Below are positions 1 through 14,991 of a stretch of 64,000 bases of DNA, one piece after another. A model generated the notes under the pieces. It had not been told where the DNA came from, made no database searches, and saw only the letters and a list, made by a program, of their open reading frames with translations. Location: NCBI RefSeq assembly GCF_001949145.1, contig NW_019091360.1, positions 1,609,599-1,673,598 on the forward strand. Reading direction: 5' to 3'. The DNA comes from Acanthaster planci (taxonomy: Eukaryota). Each line of letters begins with the position of its first letter. The stretch's first letter is position 1. The position numbers were made by a program, and so were the translations under genes.

Positions 1-2475
1 GGCATATTCTGAGGCACAGTCATGGCACCAACCAAGGCTTATACGACAGTGCCGCAAATCTAAGCCACCCATAGGAATGATATTAGTGTGGTCTATGGTT
101 ACTGCCTAGTTTCAGCTCAAATGCATAGTCTTTTTGAGGGGAGCAGAAATGTTTTTGTCACCCAAGCGTTGATCAAAAGGCCTGTTTTTCTCCCAAGTGC
201 ATTCACTGAGCCTGGGAGCCCTGCTGACATGTTGACCTGGGATCCGAGTCCCACAACAAGTGATTGTAACAATAAACTGCTGGTAGTTTTTTTTGGTGAG
301 TTGGTGTCTTTATTATGGCTGCCTGTCCCGCTGAAGTAAGGTTAATTTGAAGTCTGAAGGCCTCTGTTGGAGTTGCACTGAATGGCTGGAGTGAAAACTT
401 CCTGAGAGTGAAAAGTGTACAGTCTTGCAAGCTTCGAGTGAAATACTGTTATGGATGTTAAGAGTGGATGTGAGGTGTTACACGTTCATCACATTACATT
501 AGGGCTGTGTTATTTGAAACCAAAGTCCTTGTCTTCTGGTGTACTTACATATGTATCAGCTTGTCAAATTAAATTTCAAGATTGTGCGTTCCAACTGTAG
601 AAAGTGCTTCCAAATTGTAATAACGTGCAAATCTGTACAATTATTGGTCTTCCAAATCATTTGCATGTGGAATGACTACATGTACCGTAGGCCTACCGGT
701 AAAACACCTCGTGAAGATTGTGTAAGTCAGCAGCGTTAGTGTGGGGGTCTGCCGTATTATGTACATGTAGGCCTGCATGGTAACGCCTCGTAGTAATCTC
801 ACATTGTCAGCTGTTCAGCTTCTTTGGTAGCTGTTGCAGATAGACCAATCAATTATGGCTGTCCCAGTCATGAAAGGAGACTGAAGAGCAGTGTCAGGCT
901 GAGAAAGTGCAAATGAACTTGTGGCGCAACACTGGCAAATGCGGAGCCTACTGACGTACCGGTACGCAGTGTGCAGACATTAAAAAAAAAGCTTCCAGGA
1001 GGTCCATGTTGGTTATCCAGAGGGACCTCTTTGGGTTCAAACGTGAAGTTGCTGCGCATTCTTCATGTTCCAAGGAGTATGCCAAGAAAAGGGTTGGAAT
1101 GCTGTGCACATGTACATGTACATTATACATGCACTCATGGCACAATGATATGGTACCCATACATGTACATGTAAAATGTGCATTTTACAGACTGGAACCC
1201 AAACCGTTACTGGTTCCAGGGAAAGTTAAAGGTACAGCACTGTACAGCACATTGCATCATGTACATGTACATAGATCTAAGTTTGATGGATTGTGCCCAC
1301 TGGCTAGTGAATTACCTGTAGCTTATAGACATTAGAATCTTACTGGTACAATGTACATGTACCATGACTTCTTACATACATGTACATGTATAAGCAGTGC
1401 ATGTAAACCTATGCTGCTGGTCTCAATGTGCACCAGTGTAAACCAATAGGACAAACCGGTTTTGTTGTGCATTACATACATGTACATTGTACATGTGTGA
1501 AATAAATGTGTACACGCTGGTACTAGGGGAGATGGCCCCTCATCTGTCGTAAACATTACATTCCTGGGACTTGTCAACAGTTGAAAGGTCACCAGAGGTC
1601 TTCTGGAATGCAAGAATTTGGGTTTGTTGTGACAGTGGATTGTTTTTGGTGGGCTCAGGCCTTGGTTGACCTGGTCTCAGAACATGCACAAATTATTGAT
1701 TCCTGGAGTTGTCCTGAAATCTAATGCCATTGGTTGCTCTTTTGGCCATCTTTAGCACCTTAGGGTGACGATTAATCCAGATGTTGCATGCTGTTTGGAG
1801 TTGAGCGACTATGATGGAGCCTGACTGCCAGCCAGTTTAGGGATTCGGCCCTTGTTAACCTCTTGCCCTTGAGTCGACTGTGTGAGTGCATGGAGGTAGC
1901 ACCATGGTGAGTGGTACTGGAAGTATCCCTGCTGGGAATCTTCATCTGCATTGTGATTTTTGACTGTGCTATCCATAGAGCAAGTGTAGGGGTGCAGACT
2001 AGTAAAAAAAGCTGCTGTAGACAAGAGTGATAAATATCCCCACCTCAAAGGAAAAAATAAATTACAAGTTTGTCAGGGGTTCAAGACACATATCAAACGA
2101 AAGCTCACCTCCTCATCTCTCATTTTCCTTTCAATTTTCAGTGACTTAAAACCGATGAGTTTTGAAGATTACAAGTACATGTATTTCTCTCCAGAGATTA
2201 TCAACCCTCAAAATAGTCATGAGGCCCATCGCCACTTTGAAAATTTGGTACCTACACTCTATTGCAAAATGGATCAATTTAAAGGACCCTGTTTTTTGGT
2301 CACTTTCAGAAATACAAGCTGCATGGTTGCCGTGACTAGGAGTGTTCACTTTGAGATGTGGAGCGCAGGAACTGTTATCGTCTTATTAGATCCTTCCATT
2401 TTGTGAAACACTGGGGCTTCATGAGGATTAACCAGCCACATGTACATTTGTAGTACATGTACATGTACATTGCAA

Positions 2476-2743
2476 TTCAAAGTTTACCTGTGAATGGGAA
2501 AATCTTTCCACACTTGTTTTCCTAAGGAAATTCATTTTCAGTTCATGAAACATGATAAAGGTGGGAAAAGATTTTCACAGAAATTCCCACAAGTGGAGAA
2601 AAGTTGGAAAAAGCTTTTCATTGATTTTCCTGTAAATGGGAAAAAAGTAGGAAAAGATTTGCACACCTTGTCACTTAGATGGGAAATCATTTTCATGCCT
2701 TGTGAAAAATGTAAGTGTGAATGTGAATTCTTTCACAAAATTT
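2476..2743 (+). repeat. Dispersed ~270 bp repeat, copy A (diverged; probable non-autonomous transposon fragment)
   Basis: Aligns by eye to the reverse complement of 14992-15273, e.g. aagtttacctgtgaatgggaaaatctttccacactt vs aagttaacctgtgaatgggaacatgtttccacactt, and gtgaattctttcacaaaattt vs gtgaattcttttccaaaaattt. Confidence 0.8.
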
Positions 2744-5700
2744 CCCCATGTACATGTAATCCACAGTGTCAACTTTCAATTGCAGAGTACTGTATTGTAC
2801 ATGTAGCTTTGCATCTCGACGCAGGCTTTACTGACAATAAGGCTGCCTCTCCATCTCCTACATTTTTTGGTCCGTTCCAAATCTGCATGAATCCATTTGC
2901 TGCATTTCACTTCCATACAGTTTTAGTGAACATTCTCTTGCGCATGGCCAGGAAGTGCACTGCGTTACGTGGTTTTCAATAAGAAAGCAGCAAAGCCTCA
3001 AAGCCTAGCTTAAGAAGAATGATGGGAACAGTCTCCCCCCCCAAAAAAAAAAAGATGGAAGGAAGGTACGGGTCATGGAACATCGCCTGCAGGCCGCTGT
3101 TTATTTCCCTTGCAATGTCAGGCATTCCCGTCCGTTCCTCTCCCTCCCGCGAGATTAGAACAGAGAAGAAGTTTGGCGTTTTCTTCCCTCTCTCACGGCA
3201 TGGATTCGGTCAGAGATAGCAGACTTCTTCTCCCCGATGGCATTCAGGGGTTGCATCTTAATCCAGATGTCTTGGTCTTGGCACGCCTGTTTGTGATTGA
3301 TGGCTTGGCAGGAATGACCCTTGGTGGGAGACCTCTAAGTGGATGCCCATCCTTGGAGATATGGTCATAAAGAGTTTCATTGACTTGGATCACGATTCGG
3401 CATGGCCGAGTCTTGACATTGACTGATTTTTGTGGTTTTTTTGGAAGTGGGAAGGAAAGATGACAACCTGGAAGACTTTTACTCGGTTGATGATTTTGCG
3501 GTTGGTGGGCCTACAACTCCTGAGCATTAACTTTATTGCACGCTGGAAAAGCTTGACGTTGGAGATGACTACCCAGTGCATTGAAAGGGCCAACAGGGTT
3601 GAACATTTCAGAAGCATGTTGGCTAATTCAGACACATTTGTCAATGTCAGATCTGAACAACTCTTCTCAGCATTCGGGCCCAGGTATATTAAAGTGTTCA
3701 TGCACTGAGTTTTTGTACTTGTACATGTACTTTCAGTGTAACTACATGTACTCCCAGCTTACGCATTTCGGTGTATGGAAACTACATGTATTGAGATCCT
3801 TTTTGGATGAGTGTGATAGAAAGTGCCCTTTTTATTTTAAAATTTATCCACGCTTTTCCAGGCAACTGTGGTTGGTGTTAGTGTGATTTCATTCAGGGAA
3901 GACGCTGTTCGTTACTATTGTTTTTCTCTTCAAATTAGGAACCCAAAATTTGTTCAGTAAAATCATTTACGAGAAGGGAGCACTTGTTGGCTGTGCCCTG
4001 TACCGATATTTACGCAGTGAACATTGAACAGAAAGTCACCCTGAGAAGGAAGAATATAGGACTGCAAAACATGATAAGTTGCAGCATTTGTTGTGCAGAT
4101 CAGAGTACCGGTTTCTAAACATAGGGGATGTACAGTATGTGTATTTGAAACCCCAGTCTCCCGGGAATCACGAACAGTGTTCTTGGGTCTTGATTACAAA
4201 TGCCAAAGTGCAAAAGGAGAGCAGCTGCGCTGAAAGTCAAGATGGCATGACACTTACCATCTCACATTAAATACACTCCCTAAATATCCATATCAAATGG
4301 TCAGGGTAAATTCTCTCCGATAGCCATGAGTGTTTGCCCTGGGTTTTATTTTCCTTTGTGTTTTCTATTTTATGTAACAAAATCAACATTAAGTTTAACG
4401 GTATGTGCCTACATGTATATCCGCCATCTTTGTTCTTGATGTTCTTCATCCATTCCCCAGAAAGTGGGGAGGGGGAATTTTGTTCATGAACAATGTTCGC
4501 GTGTTGATTCTCCCGGTTTGAAACCCCGTTCTCGTGTTCGTCTAACAAGGGAACAGGGTTTTGAATATGCCCCGAGGTTTTCAGCCTCAGCGACATCACA
4601 GTTTGGGAAATTCTCCTTAGAATAGCAGAACAAATTAAAAGTATGCTTAGCTGGGTCACAAAGTTGCATTTTGATGAGTTGTGTTAAGAAGTGTATTGCA
4701 TAGACTCTTCAGCTTTCAGTGAGTTGTCTGATGACCTCATACTCTCTGTGAACACTTTACAAACTTGGAGATTTCAAAAACTTCAACATTTACCATACTA
4801 TTGGTGCAAGTAATGCAATGAGACCAAAGCCATTGTTACATGTACTCGTATGTGTACCGGTGGGTTGAACAGCCAACACCTCCAGGGCCTCAAAATGAGT
4901 TTGTTTTGACATTAGTGCTGTATATCGGTAATAATTTCACCCTGAAGTTGCAGATCTGTGGAAATTCATTTCTTTTTTTTTTCTGTTGAAGTACATGTAC
5001 ATCTTGCAAAAGCGTCATAAAAAAGGTGATAAATACCTACGGTACTTTGTACAATTTATTTTGTTGAAGACAGCTGAAGTATTCCTGGGTAGCGTGGTTC
5101 AAAACGTGTACACGTATGGACATGTAAGTGTGAAGTCCTATTCTACCGTAACATTCCATTGATTCATGTACAGTGTATGTATACATGTACATGCCATTCA
5201 GTGTGTTAGGGTGTGATGAGCAACACGATGTCTTTGGAATGTCCTAATAGCACTCTATGAAAATGAGGCCAAAGATCACTGATTAAATACACAATAAAAG
5301 TTGCTTTCTGTCTGCTGTGTTTTATTCTCTCCCCTCCCCGTCTCCCCTCCCCCCCCCCCGAACGTGTTAATACATGTGTACATAAATGACCCCTGTTGTC
5401 TCCAGTGGGTGGAAGGCACATTGAAGGAAGGCTGTGGTCGTGAGACCAGAGTGAAATTGAACAGATGGGTTTTCAGCAGGCGATGAGGTTAGATCAGTGA
5501 GTTGTTTGCCGTCGGCGCGCAGACATCACGCGGCGAGGAAGAAGCGATTCCGTTCTGTTCAGTTAATGTCATTAAATGGTCAGTGCCATGCATTTTTTTA
5601 CACATTTGAAAATGTGGAGATGCTTCCGTTTCCTAGTTAATCTAACTTGCAATTTTTGCGATGCTACTTTGAAAAGTTTCGGTGTCTGATGGGTTTTTAT

Positions 5701-6779
5701 GCTAATGCAGATTTACATATTCATGAGATGCCATTGCAGCTGGAAAACCTCAATCCCAATGGTCCTCAGGGGCATTTCAGTTACACAATACTTTGCATAT
5801 GTACATAAATGCATACTAATACCATTCATGATAAAGGTATATAGGGTATGCCAACACCGGCGTATGTATTGTGCTATTCAACGTGCCCCAGGCCTCCAAT
5901 GAATAATGGATTGAGAAGTTTTTGGGTTAATGTTGCATCGATTTGTGCACAAAAACTGCTGGAACTTTTGATAGTTTGGTGCTCTAATTTTTCTTTGACG
6001 AATCATTGTTGATTGAGAGTGACGTGTGGCAGTTCAGCCATTGAGCATCCCTTTCTGAGAAATGTCTTCAACAAACAAGTTTTGGGTTCACGTTGAATGT
6101 CTCCTCAACCAAACGGGTGTCTACATCTGGTCAAAGTGCATGCGTGCTGAACATTTAAAGAGTGCATGCAGCCTCATGCATTGTGAATGTATCGCCGCCC
6201 CAGTTTATGTGGCATTTAGTGCAAAGACATCACTCTTGGAAATTGTAACCTGGCGCCCGGGAGCTGTGTCACCGAACGGCTCCTTGGAAGCAGTTGATTC
6301 CCCTCCAGTTGCACGTCCTGCCTGAGTTTGCTTACTTTAAAATGAACCCAGTCAATTCTTCACGTACATGTATTCCACACACGACACGGTAGTCATGGGT
6401 AACATACATGTAACTGCTCAGTTGGGACCAACCCAGTTGCAGTGTGGGGGCACAAACGGGTATCTAGGAAATCGACACCCCCTGGCGCTCCAAGCCTAGA
6501 AAAGAATTTCTGGAAAATTGTTACTGTTTCCAGTGTACGGGGTGTGTCGGCTACACCTCAATACATGTTCTTTTTTACTGTGGTTATCCGTGGGGTATTT
6601 CCCCGTACTGGGAGGATCTTGCTGCAAAGATACATGTACATATGTACCGGTACATGTGTGAATGCCTTCCCAGAGACTGGATGTAACAGACGATCGTCTG
6701 CACAAGTTCAGACCTACATGTACATGTACATATAAGATGGACTGAGACTCCAAATACATGTACTTTTATATAGGATGAG

Positions 6780-7040
6780 CAGGGGCGGATCCAGAAATTT
6801 TTCTGGGGGGGGGGAGAGTCAGGCCGTTTTTTTTTAATGCCTCATTTTTGTGGACAAGTGAACGATGATGAAACAGTATGCATGACTTGTGAATACATGT
6901 ACATTGTTGACAGTGGTAATGGTGCATTTACCTCAGTTATTTTTTATTGTTTTTTTCCTTTTTATCATTTTTTTTCTCAAAGCAGGTTTTTTTCCTGACC
7001 TCCAAGCCTCTCCCTTCCCCTCCCTACAGATCCGTACCTG
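6780..7040. mobile_element. Degenerate MITE-like element with CAGGGGCGGATC-type ends
   Basis: Left CAGGGGCGGATCCAG followed by a G-run; right C-rich tract then CAGATCCGTACCTG (reverse complement CAGGTACGGATCTG). No TSD recognisable. Confidence 0.5.
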
Positions 7041-10000
7041 GTGGGGCAGTGCAGCTGAAATAGAATTCTCCATTATTCGTCTGTGCAACAAAGGCTGGGT
7101 CCAGAACACTTTGTGTTTAAATTACGAAATTTGCTCGTCTCCAAAGACTTGGCATGCTTTTCATGCAAAAGCACTGGTTTGGTTGTCCCTCCCTCGACCC
7201 CCCCTCCCATTTTGTGTGTTTTACGCTTGGCAGGATCCTGTAGAAATTGGCATGATTTGGCGAGTGCTTAACAGGACATGAAAGGATCAGAGGTTGTAAA
7301 GCTTTTTGTGAGGACCCCCCAGTCTAACATAAAAGGTTGTTGGGCATTTGGTTTCCCCCACTTTCATGCCGGACAATTCCATTGGATTTTCACAATGTAC
7401 ACCTGTACATACATGTGCATGTACATGTACAGTACATAGTGTCCTTTATTGTATGGTGGTTGTAAGCTACTGGTACGGTATAGGACCTCAACTCCAATGC
7501 TGTTTCTCTGTTGGAAGTGTCCGTCTACCATAGAGATTTCTTTGGAAGTTTAGAGTTTGCAAGGATCGGGTAAAGCTATGTGTTGTTGTGGTAACAGATT
7601 GACACTTGTTCAACCTTCCCTTTTAGGTACATGTACATGTAAAATATGAGGTAAAAATACTCGCAGAAGTTGGCAAATCAAAAAGCTATCATTCATGAAA
7701 CATACATGTTTTTCTAAAGAGTGGGCCTCGCTAACTGTTAATGTTGCTTGTTGTCTCCCATCACTGCCCACGCATTGTTACAGAGGACGATCATTTTCTG
7801 TAAAAAACAAGATTTGAAACCCAGGATGACATTTGCACAAACAGTCCTGTGAAAATTGCCCTGTGAAATTCCCAGGCACATGTTTAAGTTAGCCTTAACC
7901 TTTCTCGACTCCTCCAATTTTAATACAAAATTTGACACTCCCCTGGGGTGTCCTGGTTGATGACGTTGCATATGTAGTAGGCTACAAGGAAGGTTTACTC
8001 TGGGTATTGAAAGGCAGGATCATTTTGACAGGGATGGAAATAAAAAGGAGCAGACTAAAAACCAGTTTTTATGACATGTTTCATATTTGAGGAACCACAG
8101 TCATTGAATACACATGTACTTACAAATGAAATTGGAAATCGATAAGTGTGGGGATACTTCACGCAGCTGCTCTGCTCCTGAACTGTTCCTACTGGAACAT
8201 TGCACACCATGTGGCATCAGGCTTTTTGGTAACTCACAAGACATCAACTTTTTAATACAATTCACAAAAAAACATCGTACACAAACTTTGTTGCTCCAAG
8301 CTTTCAGACATGTTGTTAGTGTGGACCTGGAAACGGACTAGGTTCACATTTTGCAAACTGTGTGAGGACTTTAATCAGGTCTACACAAGGTTACTCCCTT
8401 TCTGAAAAGCACCTTTTTAGGAATTTTTTTGGGGGTGGGGTATCTGTTGCATAAGGAGGAGGAACAGTCAAGGACACTGACAAAAGTTCAGCAAAAATGT
8501 GTGTTCACAACGCAAGAAAAATCAGTCTGTTTTAATACTCAGATTTCTTAACCGCAGGAACACACAGGAATATTCACTCTACATGTATGTCCGTGCATGT
8601 ATACATGTCCATGTACACTTGTATCTTTTGTGCGTCAACATGTGTCATTTCTGTCAAATTTGAGGGCTGTTTTCTCCATCACCGGCCACAGAAAATGGTC
8701 ATCCCTTCAGAGAGTTTTCCTGTCTGTACTTCAAAAAGGTTGCGCTGCCTGATTTCTTTTCCTGCCCACCGAATGCGGCTGGGTGCATGTCAGCCAGGGC
8801 ATAGAGCGGGTTTGTAGCTCTATGGCCAGGGCGGTCATAGCTTTTGAAGTAGAGTTCCACGCACACAGGATGTCAGACCACAAGCCGACCACCGCTAAGA
8901 GCCCCAACACTGCCCCCCTCCCATACCCCCTTTTTCACCAGGTAGATTTAATCTGAAATGTACATAAGGACTAGACTTTGCCCATCTTGCCAAGGCGCCC
9001 TGTGGAAGCAGTGCACACGTTTGTATCTTAGAAACGGTCAGTCAATGTGTTTGCACAATATTAATAGTAATACTGTTGTAAGGCTTTACCAGGAAAACCC
9101 AGATGGGCTGAAGTTTGTTTACCAATACATGTTTACATAGACAAATTGAAATGTTGATACAAATGTATGTGTCCAACAACGAGTGGGCACACTGAAATGA
9201 TTGAATTTGCAGACGCGATTGCTGTTAGTTGTCTGCTGCTATTCTGCAATGTTCCATCGGTGTCTAGCATGATTGACACTTTGTGACTTGATCTGACTAA
9301 AAATGAGACGCACAAATTACAGAAATCAAATCCTTTGAGACACTGAAACTGTTTGCTCAGTGGGGCCCATACATTGTCCTTGCTTTGTGTGGGCAGCACA
9401 GTCTCCAAGTTCTTGAGGTGTTGCTAGTCTCGGTTCCAGAATTGCATCCTTTGATGAGATTGTTTTTGGCTACAGAGGATGTACACTTTAAAAGGGGGGC
9501 ATAATGAGTTTGCACTTCCTGTGGCTGAATGGGTTCACACACAAATCATACTCAGCAATTCGGTCCTAACGTTGTTCGAGCGAACTGCATTAGATCACGT
9601 TTTTGACCCAGAATTTCTAGACGAAAAAGAAAAAAAAATGCGCATGAGAAGGGGGAAGTGATCCTACATTGTAGGTGGAAAATTGAAGGTGGGGAAAACA
9701 TTCCTGAGATGAGACGAGACCCAAGAGGCTAGACTCCGGGCCCTTCAGGGAATGTTATCTGTCTTGGGCTTGGTGGTGTCAGCTGCACAGAGGAACTCTC
9801 CAATTGCTGTGGATATCTCAGCTGTCCAAACAGGGATTGGCAGTCTCTCGGCACGAACTCAGACCTCAGATCCGTGGCCATGTTATCGCATAAAAATGAC
9901 TGCTTCAGTTTCATACATTTATAATTAATGCACTGGCATTTGAAAGTATTAATCATTCTTGAATTCACGGAGTTGGCCGAAGGAGTGTTTGGACAAGTTC

Positions 10001-13000
10001 ATGCGAGCTGTGCTAAACAAACCCATAAGTTGTGGCCAGATTTCGATTTAAAAAAATCACTTTGATCATCTGATGCAAATGTGCATGTAAATAAGTACAA
10101 GGTTTGCAGTAGCACCATGGAATGATGTCTCTTTTCTGAGTATGTGTGGTTCTGGAAAGAACCGGAGGGTATGCAACATTTTGTACAGTATAGAAAATGA
10201 TAATGAGCATATAATTCAGAATTAAAGTGCGTAATATAGAAATGGTCTCATCGAAAAAGCTAAAATGAAAATTTAGGTCTTAATCTTGACAAAAAAGCAC
10301 CTTGAAATATTGCAGTTTATACATGGAGAGAGAATTGCAGTGTCACTGCCACTGAAAATGAACTCAATCATCACAGTGCGCTTGTTTACCATTTGTGTAT
10401 GTTGATACTGGTACATGTAGTTTAAGGGGCATGTACAAGTGATGTACATGTACATGTATACTGACATATACACGCCGAAGGCTTGACCAGAAAAGGTCTC
10501 ATTTCACAGAGTGGGGGGAGGGTTGGTGGTCAAAGGGGTGCGAGTCAGTGGTGGCAAAGCTGAAGGCTACAAAGGCTGATCTTGAAAATTGATACCTAAA
10601 CATTGGTTTCTTGGTCACTTGGGTTGCTTGCACTGAAAAGTTTATGGCTGCTGGAGATGTGAGCCGCACTGAATTAGGGAACATCTATACACTTGGTACA
10701 TACAAGACAGTGCACCGAGGGTTCTAATGAAGTGTGTTTGTATGTCAGATACTGGACGTTTTACTAGTTAACTTTTTAAAGAATTGCTGCACATACATGT
10801 ACATGTACCGGTATGTACATCGTTGTGCTGTACTTGTTGAGTTAAGATGAGTTGGATTGTATATAATCTGATTTCATGTTTGGATTTGATTTATCTGTGT
10901 TTGTACTTGTACATTTCTCTAGTGTTGTAAATGTGACCTGCTCTGCAAAAAAGGGTAATAAGTCGCGCAATGCCAAAACACATAATGGTCCGTTCTATTT
11001 GGAGAGGGCAAAATTTCTTCAAACACATGATTTTGTGTTTTTTCCTTTAATAGCTTCTGTAATATTTATGTTTTCAGAATTTGTGACTACAGTACAAACA
11101 TGGATACTGATGAATAAAGATGAAAAATTGATGATTCAGTAAGAAATCCTGTAGGCCTATAGCATTGTATTTCCCAGCGCTGCACTTTATGAGCTTTTTC
11201 TCGAAAAGTGCTTTTATTGAATCAAAAAAAATGTGGATATACAAATGTTTATATATCTCTGGAACACAGCGCACTACAGGGGTAATTCATTAATCAAATT
11301 AAAGCTTTTTACATACAGAATCCAGCCATATCACAAACTTGTAACCTGAATCTGGTGACTAACTGCTATTACCCATTTTTCTAGAGCTGGTCACAAATGT
11401 TCAGGCCTAATTGTTAAGTTCCAGGAAAGGTAAATACAATTTTACATTTACATGCACAAATGTATATTGTCCAAAGAGCCTTACACATTTTGTGATGAAT
11501 TCTGACCCTTAATACAGATCTGCGGTGTACGTGTTTTCACACAGCATTTGTCAAAGTACCGTTCCCAACATCCCTGCAGTTGTTTCCAACTGCATTTCCG
11601 CAAAATCTTTCTTGTCCCCCCTCCGTAACAGTTGCCTGGCTTTTCTGTAACAACAGAGGGCGGCATTGCTACTCCAAGGCTGATGAGTTGAGCTCTGCCT
11701 GTCACTGACATCATAGAGCCTCTGTGTCGACAATGTGCTTGTGTTCTCTGGTGTGCACGTATGCGGTTGCCAGTGGTCCATTTTACATAAAGCCGGCCCT
11801 CTGCTGGTCATTGAAATAATTATCACAAGGAAGAGGGGGCGAACGGATAGAATTGTATGTAATGAATGTAATGTACATGTACTTGCAGTTGACACTTCAA
11901 CAATTCTGTATGGTTTTGAGATTATTTTTTAATTTACTGGATTTTGTAACTACTTTGCCCAGTTCATTGAAGTTTTTTTATATGGGTGATGGTTTTGTTT
12001 AAATTCAAGGTCCAAAAGTATGCGATTTTGTGTCCCTTTTATGTGTAACCCTTGTAATTTAACCAGGAAATACCACTGAACTCGACTTCCAACTCTTTGT
12101 TACTTGTTTAGCAGGTAATTATTTATAATAAAATATTTCTAAATTGCTCTTAGAAATTGAAGAAAGTGTTTAAAATGTACAAATTTTTATGCCAGTTGAG
12201 GGAGAAACACAAACAAATTGGACCCAAAATTTATAGAATGACCCATCTTCAACTTACTGAATTTATTATATGTTTTTTGGCACATTTTCTCCTTTGATAT
12301 TCCTGTTACCGTTTTCCAAGCCTGCAAGTTATGAAATGCCGATTTCTTTGAACACACATGTACATGTATGTGTACACATCTTCTGTGAAATGTCTTTCCA
12401 TTTTTGTGTTATGTTTATACCAGTTGTAAATCCTTGTACTTAGATCACCTTCATGTCAAGGAAACACACATGTATGTATTGTCGCCTCAGTGAGGCAGTT
12501 CATGCAGATGTACACAGTTTGATTCATGGAATACTAGTACATGCGATGCCACGGCTGAAAGCCTGGCTCCCGACGGCAATGAGAAAACAATCTGCTGTTT
12601 TGACACAGGCTCATTATCAGAGACGACCTACTTTGCCTAGGTTCACCGCGCTGCCAGGCCAGCACCGCTCGCCAAGGAAAAGCGAGCAGGTTGTGCATAT
12701 GTGCACAGAGTTGCATCGCCCGTCTCGACTGGATGAATTCTGTAGTTCAAGTGGAGTTGAAATGGTTCAATAAGACAATGGCATTCTTAAGAGTGTGTGA
12801 AATATTTCCTCAAATAAATTCATTCCCTTAATAGTGAAATTAAGTATTTGTTCTAATGGCAGACTTTTGGGAGGCAACCATAAAGGTGGAGTATGAACGT
12901 TCATTAATTTTTTGTTGTTGAAGATCCAGTATTGTACATGTGTGAACCTAACCACTGACCTGGTTTGAGTCTTGAGAAACGTGTACATGAGGAAAATATG

Positions 13001-14345
13001 TGGGTTAGAAAGGGGGTGAGGGTCCGCACAAGCCCCGCCCCCAAGGGCTGCAGATGTTGGCAGTATTGTGAACTTTACCCCGTTCTACGAGACCTTTGCC
13101 CGTGTGTTTCTGTGGCCCCCCCCCAGACAGGGGAGAAAATGCGATCTGCGAAGCTTGTGGCAAATGGTCAGACGGGAGCTTTAATGAAAAATGTGCAGTG
13201 GAGCGCATCTCCCGCACGTAAACATCTATCATCTGCATATCATGCCATTACTGTAGTCTAAGTAATTTGATTGTCCTAGCATTGGTGTTTTTGTACGTTA
13301 CGTTAAGGGACTTGGAGCAGTCGTCTAGTACTTGCTTCAGGAGGAATTGCCTGGAAGATTTAAACTCCTTTCAGGGGGTGGCTTGTAATTAAAATGATTT
13401 CCATGAAACGTTGTGGATTTCCGTGTACCTACCGGTGTACCGGTAAATGTGAAGATTTCTGTCAGATGAAGTTAAACACTTTCGCTTGTAGTCATAAAAT
13501 GGGCTTTATGATAGGGTACATGATGTTTGAGCTTCGAAGGAAACCAGCGGAGTTTTTTTTTTTTTTACCTGTCTACACTTTCAGGATGGATTAATTAGCT
13601 TTCGAGCTACAGTGGTTTATTTTCACTTTTATTAATCCTGACCACCTTAAAGTGCATTCTTTTGGTTTGTTGTTTGATGTTTGTCTTTTTCTTTTTAATA
13701 TAAATGTTCTAGTTTTTTTTTTTTTTTCACTCTTGTTTGGCCGAATAAATAATAATAATAATTAATTTTCTTCAGAAGTTCAACAGTTATTTTCTTGAGG
13801 TGGCACCTGAGAAATTATGTGCAGCGAAACTATCCATAGTGCCATTCGGTCTGTAGCGTTGCCAACGTAACCTTTGCGGCTGGTTCAAACTTCAAAGTGA
13901 ACCTTTACGTGAATTTGACATCATGAGAGGTTTGCAGTCAAATGTGCCCAAGTTAAAAATGCACTCAACATTTGGAGAACGCAGCTTGAACACTGCACTC
14001 AAATTCGACATCACAAAAATTGCATTCGAGTTCGCTTTTGTGCCGAGTGTGGACCATTCTGCAGTTTGCACACGCAGTTTGCGTTGAGGATAACTCATCT
14101 TGAGCATCAGGAGATCCCAAAAATGGGAGACCATCCCAGCTGTGGCGTGCTCACATACGGAAGACAGGTGCCCCTCTAATTGCCATTTGCAGAGTGATCA
14201 AGCTCAGCTCGCTATAGACAGTCAGCCGCTGTTTACCGGTAAATGAAAGAGACGCCAATCTGGTGGTGATTGGGGGAAGGGATTTTTCAATTCAGGTTTC
14301 AATTCAGGGCTGTCCATCTCCCCTCCCCTTGACATCATTTTATCT

Positions 14346-14491
14346 TTAACCCTAAAAGAGCCAGGGGGCAGAATCCGCCCTCTCAACAATAATTTGACAC
14401 CAATTTTTTTGAAAATCGGACATGTCTTTCTTGTGCAGCTTATATTTAAAAAATTTTTTTGTCAAAAGCAACCTTGCGGTGTGAGGGTTAA
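14346..14491. mobile_element. Possible piggyBac-type MITE remnant
   Basis: TTAA-CCCT at left and AGGG-TTAA at right. The inverted match does not extend beyond CCCT, so the ends may not belong together. Confidence 0.3.
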
Positions 14492-14991
14492 TATACTTCA
14501 TACTTGTTAGAAGTTTTCCTGATTTCAGGATTCTAGATCCCCCAAACTGGAAATATTAACAGGTTAAATCAGTCCTGTTTTTGATACCTTTTTGTACTTT
14601 TTTGTCTCCAAAGTGCAAAATTCACATAGTACAGCCTCAAGTGAGAGAGCTGAAAACCCAACAGTCCCCGATCCTCCAATTTCAATATGATTTTACACAC
14701 ACCTTAGGGAATAGGGTTTTAAATGCCATGAAGCGAGCAAAACCAACACGTGTACATGCACGTGTACTTTTATCATTGCCATAATTAAGACTCCTCTGCT
14801 GTGTAGACGGTGTATGGAAATGTTTGCCCGTACGCTGTACAGGAACTGTTTGTGTCTTTTATAGAAATATAAAAAATAGAAACCGGGAATATTGGGGTTG
14901 ATTGATCAGTTCTTTGGTTTCGGTTTGTCTCTTGAGTAATAGCGACTGGAGGGGTATGTATTGCAATGGAAAGAATGTGAAATCAGATACT

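Noticed and set aside
2494..2982. 162-aa ORF
   Set aside because: Overlaps the dispersed repeat; the homologous copy at 15 kb has no corresponding ORF.
3430..3708. ORF with possible donor CCCAG|GTATAT as an alternative first exon
   Set aside because: The donor would be phase 2, incompatible with exon 2, and the N-terminus is not a convincing signal peptide.
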